A stretch of DNA of 64,000 bases, taken from the NCBI RefSeq assembly GCF_043426755.1, contig NZ_JBHWRP010000040.1:36916-100915 (forward strand), read 5' to 3'. This DNA comes from Corynebacterium sp. (GTDB taxonomy: Bacteria; Actinomycetota; Actinomycetes; Mycobacteriales; Mycobacteriaceae). This document shows, in pieces, positions 1 through 9,719 of the stretch. Position numbers and translations under genes: made by a program. The notes below the pieces were generated by a model. It was not told where the DNA came from. It worked only from the letters and a program-made list of their open reading frames with translations, and did not search any database. How positions within the stretch are numbered: position 1 is the first letter of the stretch; the number at the start of each line of letters is the position of its first letter.

Positions 1-527
1 GGGAAGAAATATTGCAGCCCCTCCAGCGTGTGCGGTGGCACCTCCACGCCGGATTTCATCGGAGGGATGGTGAAAAGTTTCGTCGCCACAGGCTCGGTGA
101 CGGGGTAGCCGGAGTCACGATTCAGACGGTGGTGGTCCTCCACCTCGGCGTAGGGCCAGCCGCCGATGATGACGCGCATCAGCGAATCCACATTCGTCTC
201 CATGAACTTATCTGTAGACGCAGTGGTGATAGCTTGGGTGAGCTCGGCCGAGCCCTCGAGGTGGCTACACCCCGGAGTGGGGAGATCAACGCAATTTGCG
301 CTGGAATACTCGGCGGGGTTCTTACCCGGTTCCACCAGGGACCAGAGGTTGAGCACCATCGCATCTTCGGAGACGAAGCGGGCGTCTGTCTGCGCGCCGT
401 TGGGCAGCAGCTTCATCAGGAATACGGCGATGGGCGGCATAACGTTGCCAATGAGGATCCCGACGACCACGACAACGGCAGCAATGGTGATTCCTCGCTT
501 GTTGCGTGCTTGGTTAAAATCAGCCAT
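1..527 (-). CDS. lmcA: DUF3068 membrane protein, LmcA/Rv0227c-like (3' end outside window)
   Basis: Manually translated from ATG 527: MADFNQARNKRGITIAAVVVVVGILIG...GLQYFFP, open to the window edge. N-terminal TM helix; divergent from tmaT as in the conserved Corynebacteriales cluster. Confidence 0.7.
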   Translation of the reverse strand, partial: MADFNQARNKRGITIAAVVVVVGILIGNVMPPIAVFLMKLLPNGAQTDARFVSEDAMVLNLWSLVEPGKNPAEYSSANCVDLPTPGCSHLEGSAELTQAITTASTDKFMETNVDSLMRVIIGGWPYAEVEDHHRLNRDSGYPVTEPVATKLFTIPPMKSGVEVPPHTLEGLQYFF

Positions 528-569
528 CGTCGTGTCAGACCTTTCCACTAAGCTTGTCAAGGACTCATT

Positions 570-1673
570 ATGACAGGTGCATATACAAAATCGAAGCGCC
601 GACACCTCCCAGAGCTTGCAGGCCTGCGGGCTGTGGCGGCGCTGGGCATCGTCGTCACGCACGTCGCGTTCCAAACCGGCACCGACTCAGCCCTGTTCGC
701 CCGATTCGACTACTTCGTCTCGGTCTTTTTCGCCCTGTCTGCATTTCTGCTGGCGCGGGGGCGCAGGGGCCCGCAGTACTACTTCACCAAACGTGTCGCA
801 CGTATCACCCCAGCCTACCTGGTGTGTGTTGCGGTGGTGCTGCTCGCTCTCCCAGAACTTGCCGACGTCACCTGGGGCCAGGCAGTGGCCAACCTCTTGA
901 TGATCCAGATCTACGTGCCGGACGGACTTATCCCCGGGCTGACCCAACTCTGGTCGCTGTGCGTGGAAGTGGCCTTCTACCTGGTACTTCCCGCCTACCT
1001 CGCGTTGGGTCGGCGGGGGCGAGCCACAGCATTAATCGTCGGCACGTGTCTGGCGCTGGCCTGGCCGTGGCTGCCTTTCGTGCGCGACTCCATCGACGCG
1101 TGGGGCGTGAACCTGCAGATCTGGCCGATCTCGTATGTGCCCTGGTTCGCGGTGGGGTTGATCTGCGCGGAAGTAGAACCACGCGTATCGACGAGGGTCC
1201 AACGCTTGCTGCGCCCGCGGTGGGTGTACTGGGTTCTCGCGCTGGTGGTAGCGTGGTTCGCCGGCCTCGAGGCCGTGGGACCGATGGGCCTGGAGCACCC
1301 CAGCCCCGCCGAGTTCAATGTGCGTGTGATGTTGGGCACACTGTTCTGCGCGCTGGTGCTGGTGCCCTATGCGTTGGCGCCCACAGAGAACGGGGTGTTG
1401 GCCAGCCCGGTGATGCAAGCGCTGGGACGGTGGTCCTATTCCATTTTCCTGTGGCACGTCGCGGTGCTCGCCGTGGTCTTTCCACTGTTGGGCATCCCGG
1501 TGTTCAGCGGCGGCTTCTTCCCCGTATTGGCGGCCACCGTGGCGATCAGTATCGCCGTGTCCTATATCTCCTTTGAGCTGGTGGAAGTCCCCGGTGCCCG
1601 CTTGGTGCGCGCCACTAGGGCAACTAGGACTACCGCGCCAGCAACGGCCACTGCGGTCGAATCCCCGGCGTAG
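570..1673 (+). CDS. tmaT: Acyltransferase 3 family membrane acetyltransferase (TmaT/Rv0228-like)
   Basis: LAGLRAVAA..H, FFALSAFLL, WSLCVEVAFY, LGRWSYSIFLWH motifs; lies between the DUF3068 gene and aftD. Confidence 0.8.
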   Translation: MTGAYTKSKRRHLPELAGLRAVAALGIVVTHVAFQTGTDSALFARFDYFVSVFFALSAFLLARGRRGPQYYFTKRVARITPAYLVCVAVVLLALPELADVTWGQAVANLLMIQIYVPDGLIPGLTQLWSLCVEVAFYLVLPAYLALGRRGRATALIVGTCLALAWPWLPFVRDSIDAWGVNLQIWPISYVPWFAVGLICAEVEPRVSTRVQRLLRPRWVYWVLALVVAWFAGLEAVGPMGLEHPSPAEFNVRVMLGTLFCALVLVPYALAPTENGVLASPVMQALGRWSYSIFLWHVAVLAVVFPLLGIPVFSGGFFPVLAATVAISIAVSYISFELVEVPGARLVRATRATRTTAPATATAVESPA

Positions 1674-4612
1674 CCAGTACTCGGCCACGGCGCGCGTGCC
1701 AGCCACAGACCCATCATGGCTGCCGCGCCGCCGGCGAGCACCCAGCGCGGAATCGCAGTGAAGCGGACAATCGCCCACGCGAGCAGCGCGCCGATCGCGC
1801 CGGGCAGGCCCCCGACCAGCACGGCGGCGGCCACAGGCAAGAGGCGTGGAGCTTCCCCGGTGGGCGCCCAGGCCGGTGCCGGCGTGATGCGTCGGGTGGC
1901 GACTGTGCAGACCACAAGCGTCACGATGCCCAGCAGGCCGCCCGCGATCAGGCTGAGGCGGTAGGCGGATTGGCCGGCGAAGCTGAAAGTGACCTCTCCT
2001 TCCACCCCGGCAGGAACGACGAAGGAGGTGAGCCCTGCGTCGATGCGTTCGGGGTGGAGTTCCTGCCCGCCGACGTGCGCGCGCAGACCTTCGTTGAAGC
2101 TGCGGGTGGTCAGGATGCGTTGCGGCTGGTCGGAAGCGGTGACCGTGGTGTCGAAGGGCTGCCACGCGGCCGTCGGCGGATCCCCGCGCTCCAGTGTGAG
2201 TACCTCTTCGCGGGAGGTGAGGGTGTGGAACCCGGCATCCAGCTCGACGGGCCCGGCCCGGTAGTCGGTGCCGTCGATGGTGGCGGGCCCAGACAGCTGC
2301 CACGTATCGGCCTGGTGGGTGGTGAAGCCGCGCTGCAGCGTGGAGGTCTCCGGCATGAGTCGCTGGAAGAGGAAGACCTGCGCATCCGGGGAGGTATCGG
2401 GCACGGTGACTAGGCGCTCCACTCCCGTGTCCAGCTCCGCGATCCCCACCGGCTCGGTCAGCTCGATGCGTACCGTATCGCCCGGCACGCTCACGGTGCG
2501 CGGGGAGAAGCCGGAGACGGAGATCTCGCGGTCAAAGTCTCCGCTGATCACGCGCAGGGTGGTGGTCGTGGTGGAGGTGATGGTCACCTCGCCCTCGGCG
2601 ACTGTTGATTCGATCCAGCCCTCATCGCCCAACTGCGGCCACCAGGCGGTGCGCGTGGTGCCATCGAAAGCTGCGGTGAGCGACTTGGAGGCATCCGCCC
2701 CACCGAAGGAGGAAGCATCGGCAGCAGAGGAGGACGCGCTCGCACTGCCACCCGTTTCCGTCACCCCCACCCGCGGGCCCGCAGAGGGATAGTCGGGCAC
2801 CCGGTTGCGGATATCCTGGCCTTCCCCAAGGTCACGCAGGTGGGCAGACACCGCCCCGTCGAGGGTGCCATAGTTCCGCACCGCCAACGCTGGAGTATCA
2901 GTGACAATCTGGGCGCCCTCGTCGACAAGCGTGCGCGGGCTGTACCCGTAAATGCTGTCCAGCAGCGCCAAGGATTCGCCCCCGCCGGCCACGGTCACGG
3001 GGGCATCGTCGGTGATCATCATGTCGCGGTCGGCCTCGAGCAGGTACACGTCGACCTCGCCGAAAGTGTGCGGGGTGCCGGGCAGCTCCAGTTCCGCCTC
3101 GCGTTCTTGGCTCGAATCCAGGTCATGGCGCACCAGCACCGCCCCGATCCCCATCGCGCGCAGGGCCTCGTCGGCACGCTCCGGATCCTGGTCGATGGCG
3201 GTCCGCACACCGTCGAGCCCGCGGATCGCCTCCGGATCCACAAGCGGGATCGCATCGCGCACCGCAAAAGGAGTATCCGACAGCGCCTGGATCGGCTCAT
3301 CGCGCGTCCACCCCCAGTCCTGCCGGGCAAAAGACGCCGAAGGCAGCACAAGCGTGCGCGTATTCGGGGCATGCTTATCGACGAAGGAAGCCGCCTCATA
3401 CCAGTACTGTGGTACTTCCTCCCACGTGCCCTGGTGGGCGAGCCGACCCGACCACGCCGGCGCGGTGGCAGCCACGACGATCAACCCAACCGCTGTCAGC
3501 GCCGGGCCCTTCACCCGCAGCTGGCGGGCATGGGACAGCACATACCCCACCCCGAGGACCAGGGGCAGGCGCACCAGCGGGTCCAGCTTGTGGACGTTGC
3601 GGAAAGGGGCCAGAGGGTCGTCGAGAAGCGACTGCCACCAACCGCCTAATGGACCCTGGCCCAAGCCAAGCAGCAGCACGCCGAGAGCGAAAAGCGTGAC
3701 TAGGTAGCCGCGCCAAGGCATGTGGCGGGCTGACAAACCAGCCAGGCCCACGGCCGCCACCGCCATCGTGGCCAGCACGAACATCGGTTCTGAAATGAGC
3801 AGGTAGCCGGCGGTGCGCTCGGTGTCGACAAACGGTGCCCAGCTGGTGGTGCCGCGCAGGATCTCGGCGAAATTCAGCCAGTAGGTGGTGGTGAAGGAGG
3901 ACTCGATGAAGTCCGTGAACGGGGGCGAGTAGCGCCCCAGCACCAGCAGCGGACCAATCCACCACGCGGACACCGCGGCACAGCCGGCCAGCCAGATCGC
4001 AAGGGCGCGCCACTGGCGGCGGTACACCAGCAGCAACCCCGCAGGGATGCATGCCATCAACGTGGCGGTGGCGTTGACCGCGCCCATCAACGCCACGGGG
4101 ATGACGGCGGCGGCGCACCTGCGGGTGTTCTCGCAAGCTCGAACACCCGAACTTGTGAGGGCACGGATTAGAGGGATAAGCGTCCACGGCACTAGCGCGA
4201 CTGGCCAGGCCTCGGAAGAGATCGCCGTCAGGGTGGTCAGGATCCGCGGGCTTAAGGCATAGAGTACGGCAGGGGTGATCGTCGATACGCGACCCTGCAG
4301 GCCAATGCGGCGGGCCAGGATGAGCGTGCCGGAATACGCCACCCCCATGACGATGGCCCACCACAGGCGTTGGGCGACCCAATCGGGAAGCGGGTCGGTG
4401 AGCAGGAAGAACAGCCCCTGCGGGAAGAGGTAGCCGTAGGCTTGGTTCTGGATCTGGCCTAGAGTGAACTCGTCGGTATAGGCGCTGGTCGCTCCCGCCA
4501 GAAAACCCGCCGGATCCAAGGCGAGGTCAAGCTTGGTGTCGGCGGCGGTACGGCCAGGATCCTGCAAAAAAGCCAGGACGGTCAGCAAGACCCAGCCAAC
4601 AACGTGCGGCAT
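1562..4612 (-). CDS. aftD: alpha-(1->3)-arabinofuranosyltransferase AftD (DUF3367)
   Basis: DTKLDL, GQIQNQAYGYLFPQG, MGAVNATA, WGWTRDEP motifs; multi-TM N-terminus followed by a large soluble domain. Confidence 0.9.
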   Translation of the reverse strand: MPHVVGWVLLTVLAFLQDPGRTAADTKLDLALDPAGFLAGATSAYTDEFTLGQIQNQAYGYLFPQGLFFLLTDPLPDWVAQRLWWAIVMGVAYSGTLILARRIGLQGRVSTITPAVLYALSPRILTTLTAISSEAWPVALVPWTLIPLIRALTSSGVRACENTRRCAAAVIPVALMGAVNATATLMACIPAGLLLVYRRQWRALAIWLAGCAAVSAWWIGPLLVLGRYSPPFTDFIESSFTTTYWLNFAEILRGTTSWAPFVDTERTAGYLLISEPMFVLATMAVAAVGLAGLSARHMPWRGYLVTLFALGVLLLGLGQGPLGGWWQSLLDDPLAPFRNVHKLDPLVRLPLVLGVGYVLSHARQLRVKGPALTAVGLIVVAATAPAWSGRLAHQGTWEEVPQYWYEAASFVDKHAPNTRTLVLPSASFARQDWGWTRDEPIQALSDTPFAVRDAIPLVDPEAIRGLDGVRTAIDQDPERADEALRAMGIGAVLVRHDLDSSQEREAELELPGTPHTFGEVDVYLLEADRDMMITDDAPVTVAGGGESLALLDSIYGYSPRTLVDEGAQIVTDTPALAVRNYGTLDGAVSAHLRDLGEGQDIRNRVPDYPSAGPRVGVTETGGSASASSSAADASSFGGADASKSLTAAFDGTTRTAWWPQLGDEGWIESTVAEGEVTITSTTTTTLRVISGDFDREISVSGFSPRTVSVPGDTVRIELTEPVGIAELDTGVERLVTVPDTSPDAQVFLFQRLMPETSTLQRGFTTHQADTWQLSGPATIDGTDYRAGPVELDAGFHTLTSREEVLTLERGDPPTAAWQPFDTTVTASDQPQRILTTRSFNEGLRAHVGGQELHPERIDAGLTSFVVPAGVEGEVTFSFAGQSAYRLSLIAGGLLGIVTLVVCTVATRRITPAPAWAPTGEAPRLLPVAAAVLVGGLPGAIGALLAWAIVRFTAIPRWVLAGGAAAMMGLWLARAPWPSTGYAGDSTAVAVAGAVVLVALVARTKRAPGTSTSSKEI

Positions 4613-4618
4613 AGGAAG

Positions 4619-4816
4619 CTAGGAGCGCGAACCGTATTCCGGCCCGCCAAGCACAGCCTGATCCGCCGGAACGGCATTGCCCTCCGGAACCGTGGACTGG
4701 CCCGAGAAACTAGCGATACCCAACACACCCACCACGCCAAGCGCAACGCCAACCACGGCGCTGGCGATCACGGGGCCGGCGGTGCGACGCGGAAGAGAAG
4801 CGGTGGAAGTACTCAT
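4619..4816 (-). CDS. DUF2613 small secreted/membrane protein (Rv0236A-like)
   Basis: RRTAGPVIASAVVGVALG...LGGPEYGSR; conserved position upstream of aftD. Confidence 0.8.
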   Translation of the reverse strand: MSTSTASLPRRTAGPVIASAVVGVALGVVGVLGIASFSGQSTVPEGNAVPADQAVLGGPEYGSRS

Positions 4817-4837
4817 GCACCCCACCCTAGCAGGTGA

Positions 4838-5320
4838 TTAATCCTCATCGGAGGAAGACGGCACCACAAAAACAGGGCAGTTGGCCACCTGCAACACGTT
4901 GGAAGCGGTCGAGTTGGAGAACCAGCTTTTCACACCCGAAATCCCGCGGGTGCCAGACACGATCACATCCACGCCCAACTCATCAGCAGCATCCACGATG
5001 GCCTGGGCAATATTGCCCGTGTGCTCCACGATGTGTGCCTGCACGCTCAACCCCAGGGACTCGGCCAGTTCGATGCCTTCCTCACAGACGTTGCGGGCGT
5101 GCTCATAGGCGGTGTCGTCCTCGCCCGTATACGCCGGCTGGTGGGAACCCGTCATGGAGGCGGCCCGCGCATTCGTGCGCGTCATCGGCTCCCACGCGGT
5201 GATGATCTCGACAGCATTGGCGTTGAGCAGCGCGGCGGCCTGGCGCAGCGCGTGAGCAGCGATGCTGGTGCCGTCATAGGCGATGAGCATGCGACGTGCT
5301 GGTGCAGAAGAGCTGTTCAT
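4838..5320 (-). CDS. Universal stress protein
   Basis: LIAYDGT...DVIVSGTRG...STASNVLQVANCPVFVVP USP pattern. Confidence 0.9.
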   Translation of the reverse strand: MNSSSAPARRMLIAYDGTSIAAHALRQAAALLNANAVEIITAWEPMTRTNARAASMTGSHQPAYTGEDDTAYEHARNVCEEGIELAESLGLSVQAHIVEHTGNIAQAIVDAADELGVDVIVSGTRGISGVKSWFSNSTASNVLQVANCPVFVVPSSSDED

Positions 5321-5427
5321 GGTCCTCGATCATAACCTCCACTAACTTTTCTGTCGCAGAAACCACTAGGCTGGGTGCTTTAGTGACTCAGTTACCTAGT
5401 GACACCGACACCGGAGAGGAGCCAGTC

Positions 5428-6633
5428 GTGCGACATCGCCACGCTGCCAGAGGTACCGTCGCCGCCGTGCTCGTAGCCAGCCTGGTTGGCCTAGTGGGTT
5501 GTGGCACCGAGCAGCCCCCAGTGGAGGAGCCCACCCCGGTGACCACGCTGGAATCGTCGTCAAGCACCAGCTCAAGCCCCAGCTCAAGCTCTAGCCCCAC
5601 CACGCCGCCGCCCCCGCCAGAACCGGCTGACCCTCGTGCGCGCGTGCCGAAGGACCTGCACGCGAAGGCCGCCAGTCTGCTGGTGGTCGGGGTGACCGAT
5701 TTCGATTCCGCGCTGCGCGCCCTGAACCTTGGGGTGGGCGGGGTGATCATCCCCAGCTGGGCAGACCCCGCAATCTTTACTGAAGAAGGCCGTAATATTC
5801 ATGCGCTGCGGGAGATCGCCGACCGGCCGTTCACCGTGGCCATCGACTTTGAAGGCGGGCGTGTGCAACGCCACACCAACGTCTTCGGCGAATTTCCGCC
5901 GCCGCGCGTCATGGCGCAGATGACCCCGCCGGAGGTCCGTGGCATGGCCTATGACATCGGCACCCGCCTGCGCGCGCAGGGGGTCACGGTGGATTATGCG
6001 CCGCTTCTCGACGTCGACATCGCCGGCCTGGAGATCGTCGGCGACCGCTCCTTCTCCCACGACCCGCAGATCGCCGCCGACTATGGAATCGCTTTCGCCC
6101 AGGGGCTGATCGACGCCGGCGTGACCCCCACCTTCAAACACTTCCCCGGCCACGGCCAAGCCAGCGCCGATACCCACCTGGATACAGCGGTAACCCCGCC
6201 CCTGGACGCACTGATGGATGTGGACCTGAAGCCCTATACCCAGGCCATTCCCGCCGTGCCCCAGGCCTCCGTCATGATGGGGCACATGATCGTGCCGGGG
6301 CTCGGTGATGACCAGACGCCCGCCACCATCAACCCCGCCGCCTATGAGCTTCTGCGCAGCGGCAACTACCCCGGAGGGGTGCCCTTCAACGGCGTTGCCG
6401 TCACCGACGATTTATCCGGCATGGTGGCTATCACCTCGCGCATGAGCACCGCCGAAGCCGTCGTGGCCACTATCGCAGCGGGCGCCGACCAAGCCTTATG
6501 GTCCTCCGGGGACAACATAGGAGAAGCCATTGGGGGACTTGTCGCGGCAGTGGATAGCGGGGAGGTCCCCATGTCGCGTATCGACGAGGCGGCCGTCCGC
6601 GTGCAGCAACAATATATTGACACGGGGCAATAA
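5428..6633 (+). CDS. GH3 beta-N-acetylglucosaminidase lipoprotein (LpqI/NagZ-like)
   Basis: Lipobox LVGC, Ser/Pro linker, IDFEGGRVQR, KHFPGHG...DTH, VTDDL. Start estimated at GTG 5428 after GGAG; the ORF is open from 5296. Confidence 0.85.
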   Translation: MRHRHAARGTVAAVLVASLVGLVGCGTEQPPVEEPTPVTTLESSSSTSSSPSSSSSPTTPPPPPEPADPRARVPKDLHAKAASLLVVGVTDFDSALRALNLGVGGVIIPSWADPAIFTEEGRNIHALREIADRPFTVAIDFEGGRVQRHTNVFGEFPPPRVMAQMTPPEVRGMAYDIGTRLRAQGVTVDYAPLLDVDIAGLEIVGDRSFSHDPQIAADYGIAFAQGLIDAGVTPTFKHFPGHGQASADTHLDTAVTPPLDALMDVDLKPYTQAIPAVPQASVMMGHMIVPGLGDDQTPATINPAAYELLRSGNYPGGVPFNGVAVTDDLSGMVAITSRMSTAEAVVATIAAGADQALWSSGDNIGEAIGGLVAAVDSGEVPMSRIDEAAVRVQQQYIDTGQ

Positions 6634-6683
6634 AGTCTGCCCCGGCTAGCAGTCGAGCGCATCAGCGCGTTAACCTAGTATTT

Positions 6684-8366
6684 GTGAGTGCAACTAGTTC
6701 ATCAGCTTCGAAAAACCGGGCCGGCAAAATCACCATTGGAGTGATCGTCGGCCTGCTTGCCGTGCTCGGGGCCCTCTACGTGGCCGACCTGGTGATGAAC
6801 CAAGACAACGTGCCGCGTGGCACTGCTGTCGGCGGCGTAGACATCGGCGGCATGAGCCACGAGGAAGCCGTGAGCACCCTCGAGCAGGAACTTGGCGACG
6901 AAGCCAATGCCCCTGTGACCGTGCGCGCAGCAGAGCTGAGCTCCGAAATCATCCCCGCCGCCGCCGGGTTGGACATTGACTGGGATGCCACCGTGGCGCA
7001 GGCGGGCGAGGAATCGAAGAACCCCTTCACGCGCCTGCGCGGGCTCTTCGTCACCAAGGAAGTAGACGTTGTACCCACCGTCGATGAGGCCGCGCTGACC
7101 CCCGAACTAGACCGCGTGGAGCAGGACCTCAACGCTGAACCCGTCGACGGCGCGCTGCACATCAACGGGGGCAACGTGGAGATCGAGGACCCCGTCCTTG
7201 GCCAAACCGTCGACCGCGAGGAACTGCATCAGCGCGTGACCACCGGGTGGCTCAACCCCGACGGCGTGGAAGTCGAACCAGCTGAGGTGCAGCCGGCCAT
7301 CGACAGTGAGATGCTCGAGGCCGCGGCCAAAGGCCCAGCCGCTCAAGCCACCTCCGGCCCGCTCAGCCTCACCGGGCGTGACGATGTCACCGCTGAGATC
7401 TCCGTGGAGCGCATCGGCGAAGTCGTGGCCTTCCCGAACGTGGAAGGCCGCATCGAGCCCGAGGTGAACACAGAGGCAGCCCAAGCAATTTTCGAGGAAC
7501 AACTGGCCCCCACCGAGGTGAAGACGGTCAACGCCTCCTATAACTCCGATGGCTCCGTCAACCCACACTCCGACGGTGTGCAGATTGACTGGGAAGACAC
7601 AATGGCAGACTTCTCCAACCGCGTCATCGGCGAGGCCGACCGCGCCTGGGACGCCACCTATGAGGATGCGCCTGCGACCTTCACCACCGAGATGGCAGAG
7701 TCCGCGACCTATGATGAAGTCGTCGGAGAGTTCACCACCTCCGGCTACTCCGAAGCCTCCGGCCACAACATCGCCCTGACCGCACAGATGGTCAACGGGG
7801 TTGTCGTCGGACCAGGCGAAACTTTCTCACTCAACGGCTTCACCGGTCCCCGCGGCGCTGCCCAAGGATTTGTGGAAAGTGGCATCATCATCGATGGTCG
7901 CGCGGGTAAGGCCGTGGGCGGTGGCATCTCCCAGTTCGCCACCACCTTGTATAACGCCAGCTACTTCGCGGGCATGACCGATATCACCCACACCCCGCAC
8001 TCGTACTACATCTCCCGCTACCCAGCCGGCCGCGAGGCCACCATCTACGAGGGCGCCATCGACCTGGCGTTCCGCAACGATTCCAAACACCCCGTGCGCA
8101 TCGAAACCTCCGCCGGCGGCGGCAGCGTGACCGTGCGCCTCATGGGCGTAAAGACCGTCGAGGTTGAATCCATCAACGGCGGCCGCTGGGCACAGACCAG
8201 CCCCCAGCCGCGCACGGTGACCGGACCTGGCTGCAGCCCGTCGGGTGGCGCGCCGGGCTTTACGACGAGCGACACCCGCATCATCCGGGACCTCGCCGGC
8301 AATGAGATCTCGCGCGAAACACAAACCACGGTGTACGATCCGCAGCCGATCGTGCGCTGCGGCTAG
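6684..8366 (+). CDS. VanW family protein with peptidoglycan-binding domain
   Basis: N-terminal TM helix; PGETFSLN, GGGISQFATTLYNA, HSYYISRYPAGREAT motifs. Confidence 0.9.
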   Translation: MSATSSSASKNRAGKITIGVIVGLLAVLGALYVADLVMNQDNVPRGTAVGGVDIGGMSHEEAVSTLEQELGDEANAPVTVRAAELSSEIIPAAAGLDIDWDATVAQAGEESKNPFTRLRGLFVTKEVDVVPTVDEAALTPELDRVEQDLNAEPVDGALHINGGNVEIEDPVLGQTVDREELHQRVTTGWLNPDGVEVEPAEVQPAIDSEMLEAAAKGPAAQATSGPLSLTGRDDVTAEISVERIGEVVAFPNVEGRIEPEVNTEAAQAIFEEQLAPTEVKTVNASYNSDGSVNPHSDGVQIDWEDTMADFSNRVIGEADRAWDATYEDAPATFTTEMAESATYDEVVGEFTTSGYSEASGHNIALTAQMVNGVVVGPGETFSLNGFTGPRGAAQGFVESGIIIDGRAGKAVGGGISQFATTLYNASYFAGMTDITHTPHSYYISRYPAGREATIYEGAIDLAFRNDSKHPVRIETSAGGGSVTVRLMGVKTVEVESINGGRWAQTSPQPRTVTGPGCSPSGGAPGFTTSDTRIIRDLAGNEISRETQTTVYDPQPIVRCG

Positions 8367-9662
8367 TTAGAGCCAGCCGTCCGGACCCTGCGAGCCTGCC
8401 GGGTATTCCTCCATGGGGGCGGTGCCCTGAGTAAAGGCCTCAAGGACTGGTTCCATGATACGCCAGGCGCGCTGCGGGGCGCCCTTGTCCACGCCGACAG
8501 AATCATCCTCGTTTAGGATCCCGCGGGCGACGCGACCGTAGGGGGTCAGCTCGGAGTAATCGGCCGCCGCGGTTAGAACCACGTTTGTGGTTTCGCCGGC
8601 GCGCCCGTGGTCCGGGACGGGGACCTCCAGGGCGAGGGCGTCCTCGAAAGGCACGATCAGGCGGGCCGGGTCAGCGTCCTGGTCAGGGTTGGAGTCTAGG
8701 TCGCGGTAGGTAATTTCGAACTCCTGGCGCGGGTTGCCGATGGCTTTGCCGGAACGCAGCGTAAAGATCGTATCGCGCCACTGCTCAGTGTTCACGCGCA
8801 CCTGGAACTGGGCCAGCGTCTCAGTTTCATTGTCTGGGTCCACCCCTTCTTCGTCCACGTAGGAGGGCACGCGTTCGCCGTCGATCTCTCCTGCCGTGTA
8901 GCGGGCGCGGCGGGCGGAACCATCCACGAACTCCATCGCGTCCAGGATCTCATTGGCGGGGCCACCACCAGCCAGAACGCGGGCCAACGACTGCAGAAGG
9001 TGGGACTGCAGCATATCTACTGCCGCACCGGTGGACTCGTAGAAATCGGCGCGCCCCTCTAGGGTGAGGTCCTCGTCGAAAAGCACCGTGATCGACTCGA
9101 TCGATTGACTATTCCAGCTGTTCGCAATCAGTGCTGTGGTGCGCAGCAACCCGACCAGATTAATCACCGGGGTTTCGTGGAGGAAGTGGTCGATGCGCAC
9201 GATCTGGTCCTCGGGCAGCAAGTCGGCTAGGGCGGCGTCGAGATCATCGGCTTCGGAAGCGCTGGTGCCAAAAGGTTTCTCGATGGCCAAGATGGTGTCC
9301 TTGGGCAGATCGACATCGGCAAGTGCGTCGACTGCTTCCTTGATCACCGCGGGTGCCAGGGCGAAATAGAGGACCAGGCGGGTATCGGCGGCGGCAGAAA
9401 CGATTGTGTTCAGCGTTGCGGGATCCGTGGCATCGCCTGCAATGAAAGAAGCCGAGTCAATCAGGCGATCGTCGTTAAGCGCGGTCCCTGCCGTGCTTAA
9501 CGACTCGCCTACGAACGCAGGATAGTCAACGTCCTCCCTGCCTACGCCGAGAAGGCGGACGCCATCGTGATCATATTGTTCGAGGTACTGGGCAATTCCG
9601 GGGATTAGAAGGCGGCCGGCCAAATCGCCCGCGCCACCCAAGATGCAAAAAGTAGTGTTCAT
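8367..9662 (-). CDS. Glucose-6-phosphate dehydrogenase-family protein (divergent paralogue)
   Basis: GGAGDLA, IEKPFG, RIDHFL, DMLQSHLLQ, LRSGKA, YPAGSQGP motifs. Confidence 0.8.
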   Translation of the reverse strand: MNTTFCILGGAGDLAGRLLIPGIAQYLEQYDHDGVRLLGVGREDVDYPAFVGESLSTAGTALNDDRLIDSASFIAGDATDPATLNTIVSAAADTRLVLYFALAPAVIKEAVDALADVDLPKDTILAIEKPFGTSASEADDLDAALADLLPEDQIVRIDHFLHETPVINLVGLLRTTALIANSWNSQSIESITVLFDEDLTLEGRADFYESTGAAVDMLQSHLLQSLARVLAGGGPANEILDAMEFVDGSARRARYTAGEIDGERVPSYVDEEGVDPDNETETLAQFQVRVNTEQWRDTIFTLRSGKAIGNPRQEFEITYRDLDSNPDQDADPARLIVPFEDALALEVPVPDHGRAGETTNVVLTAAADYSELTPYGRVARGILNEDDSVGVDKGAPQRAWRIMEPVLEAFTQGTAPMEEYPAGSQGPDGWL

Positions 9663-9719
9663 AGCACCAACCGTAGGCAGGAATCGATTACTGCGTGCGA
9701 AAGGCCAAATTTCCCTAAA

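Noticed and set aside
12..573. Plus-strand ORFs 12-551 and 166-573
   Set aside because: Antisense to the DUF3068 gene, which the track missed because its stop lies outside the window.
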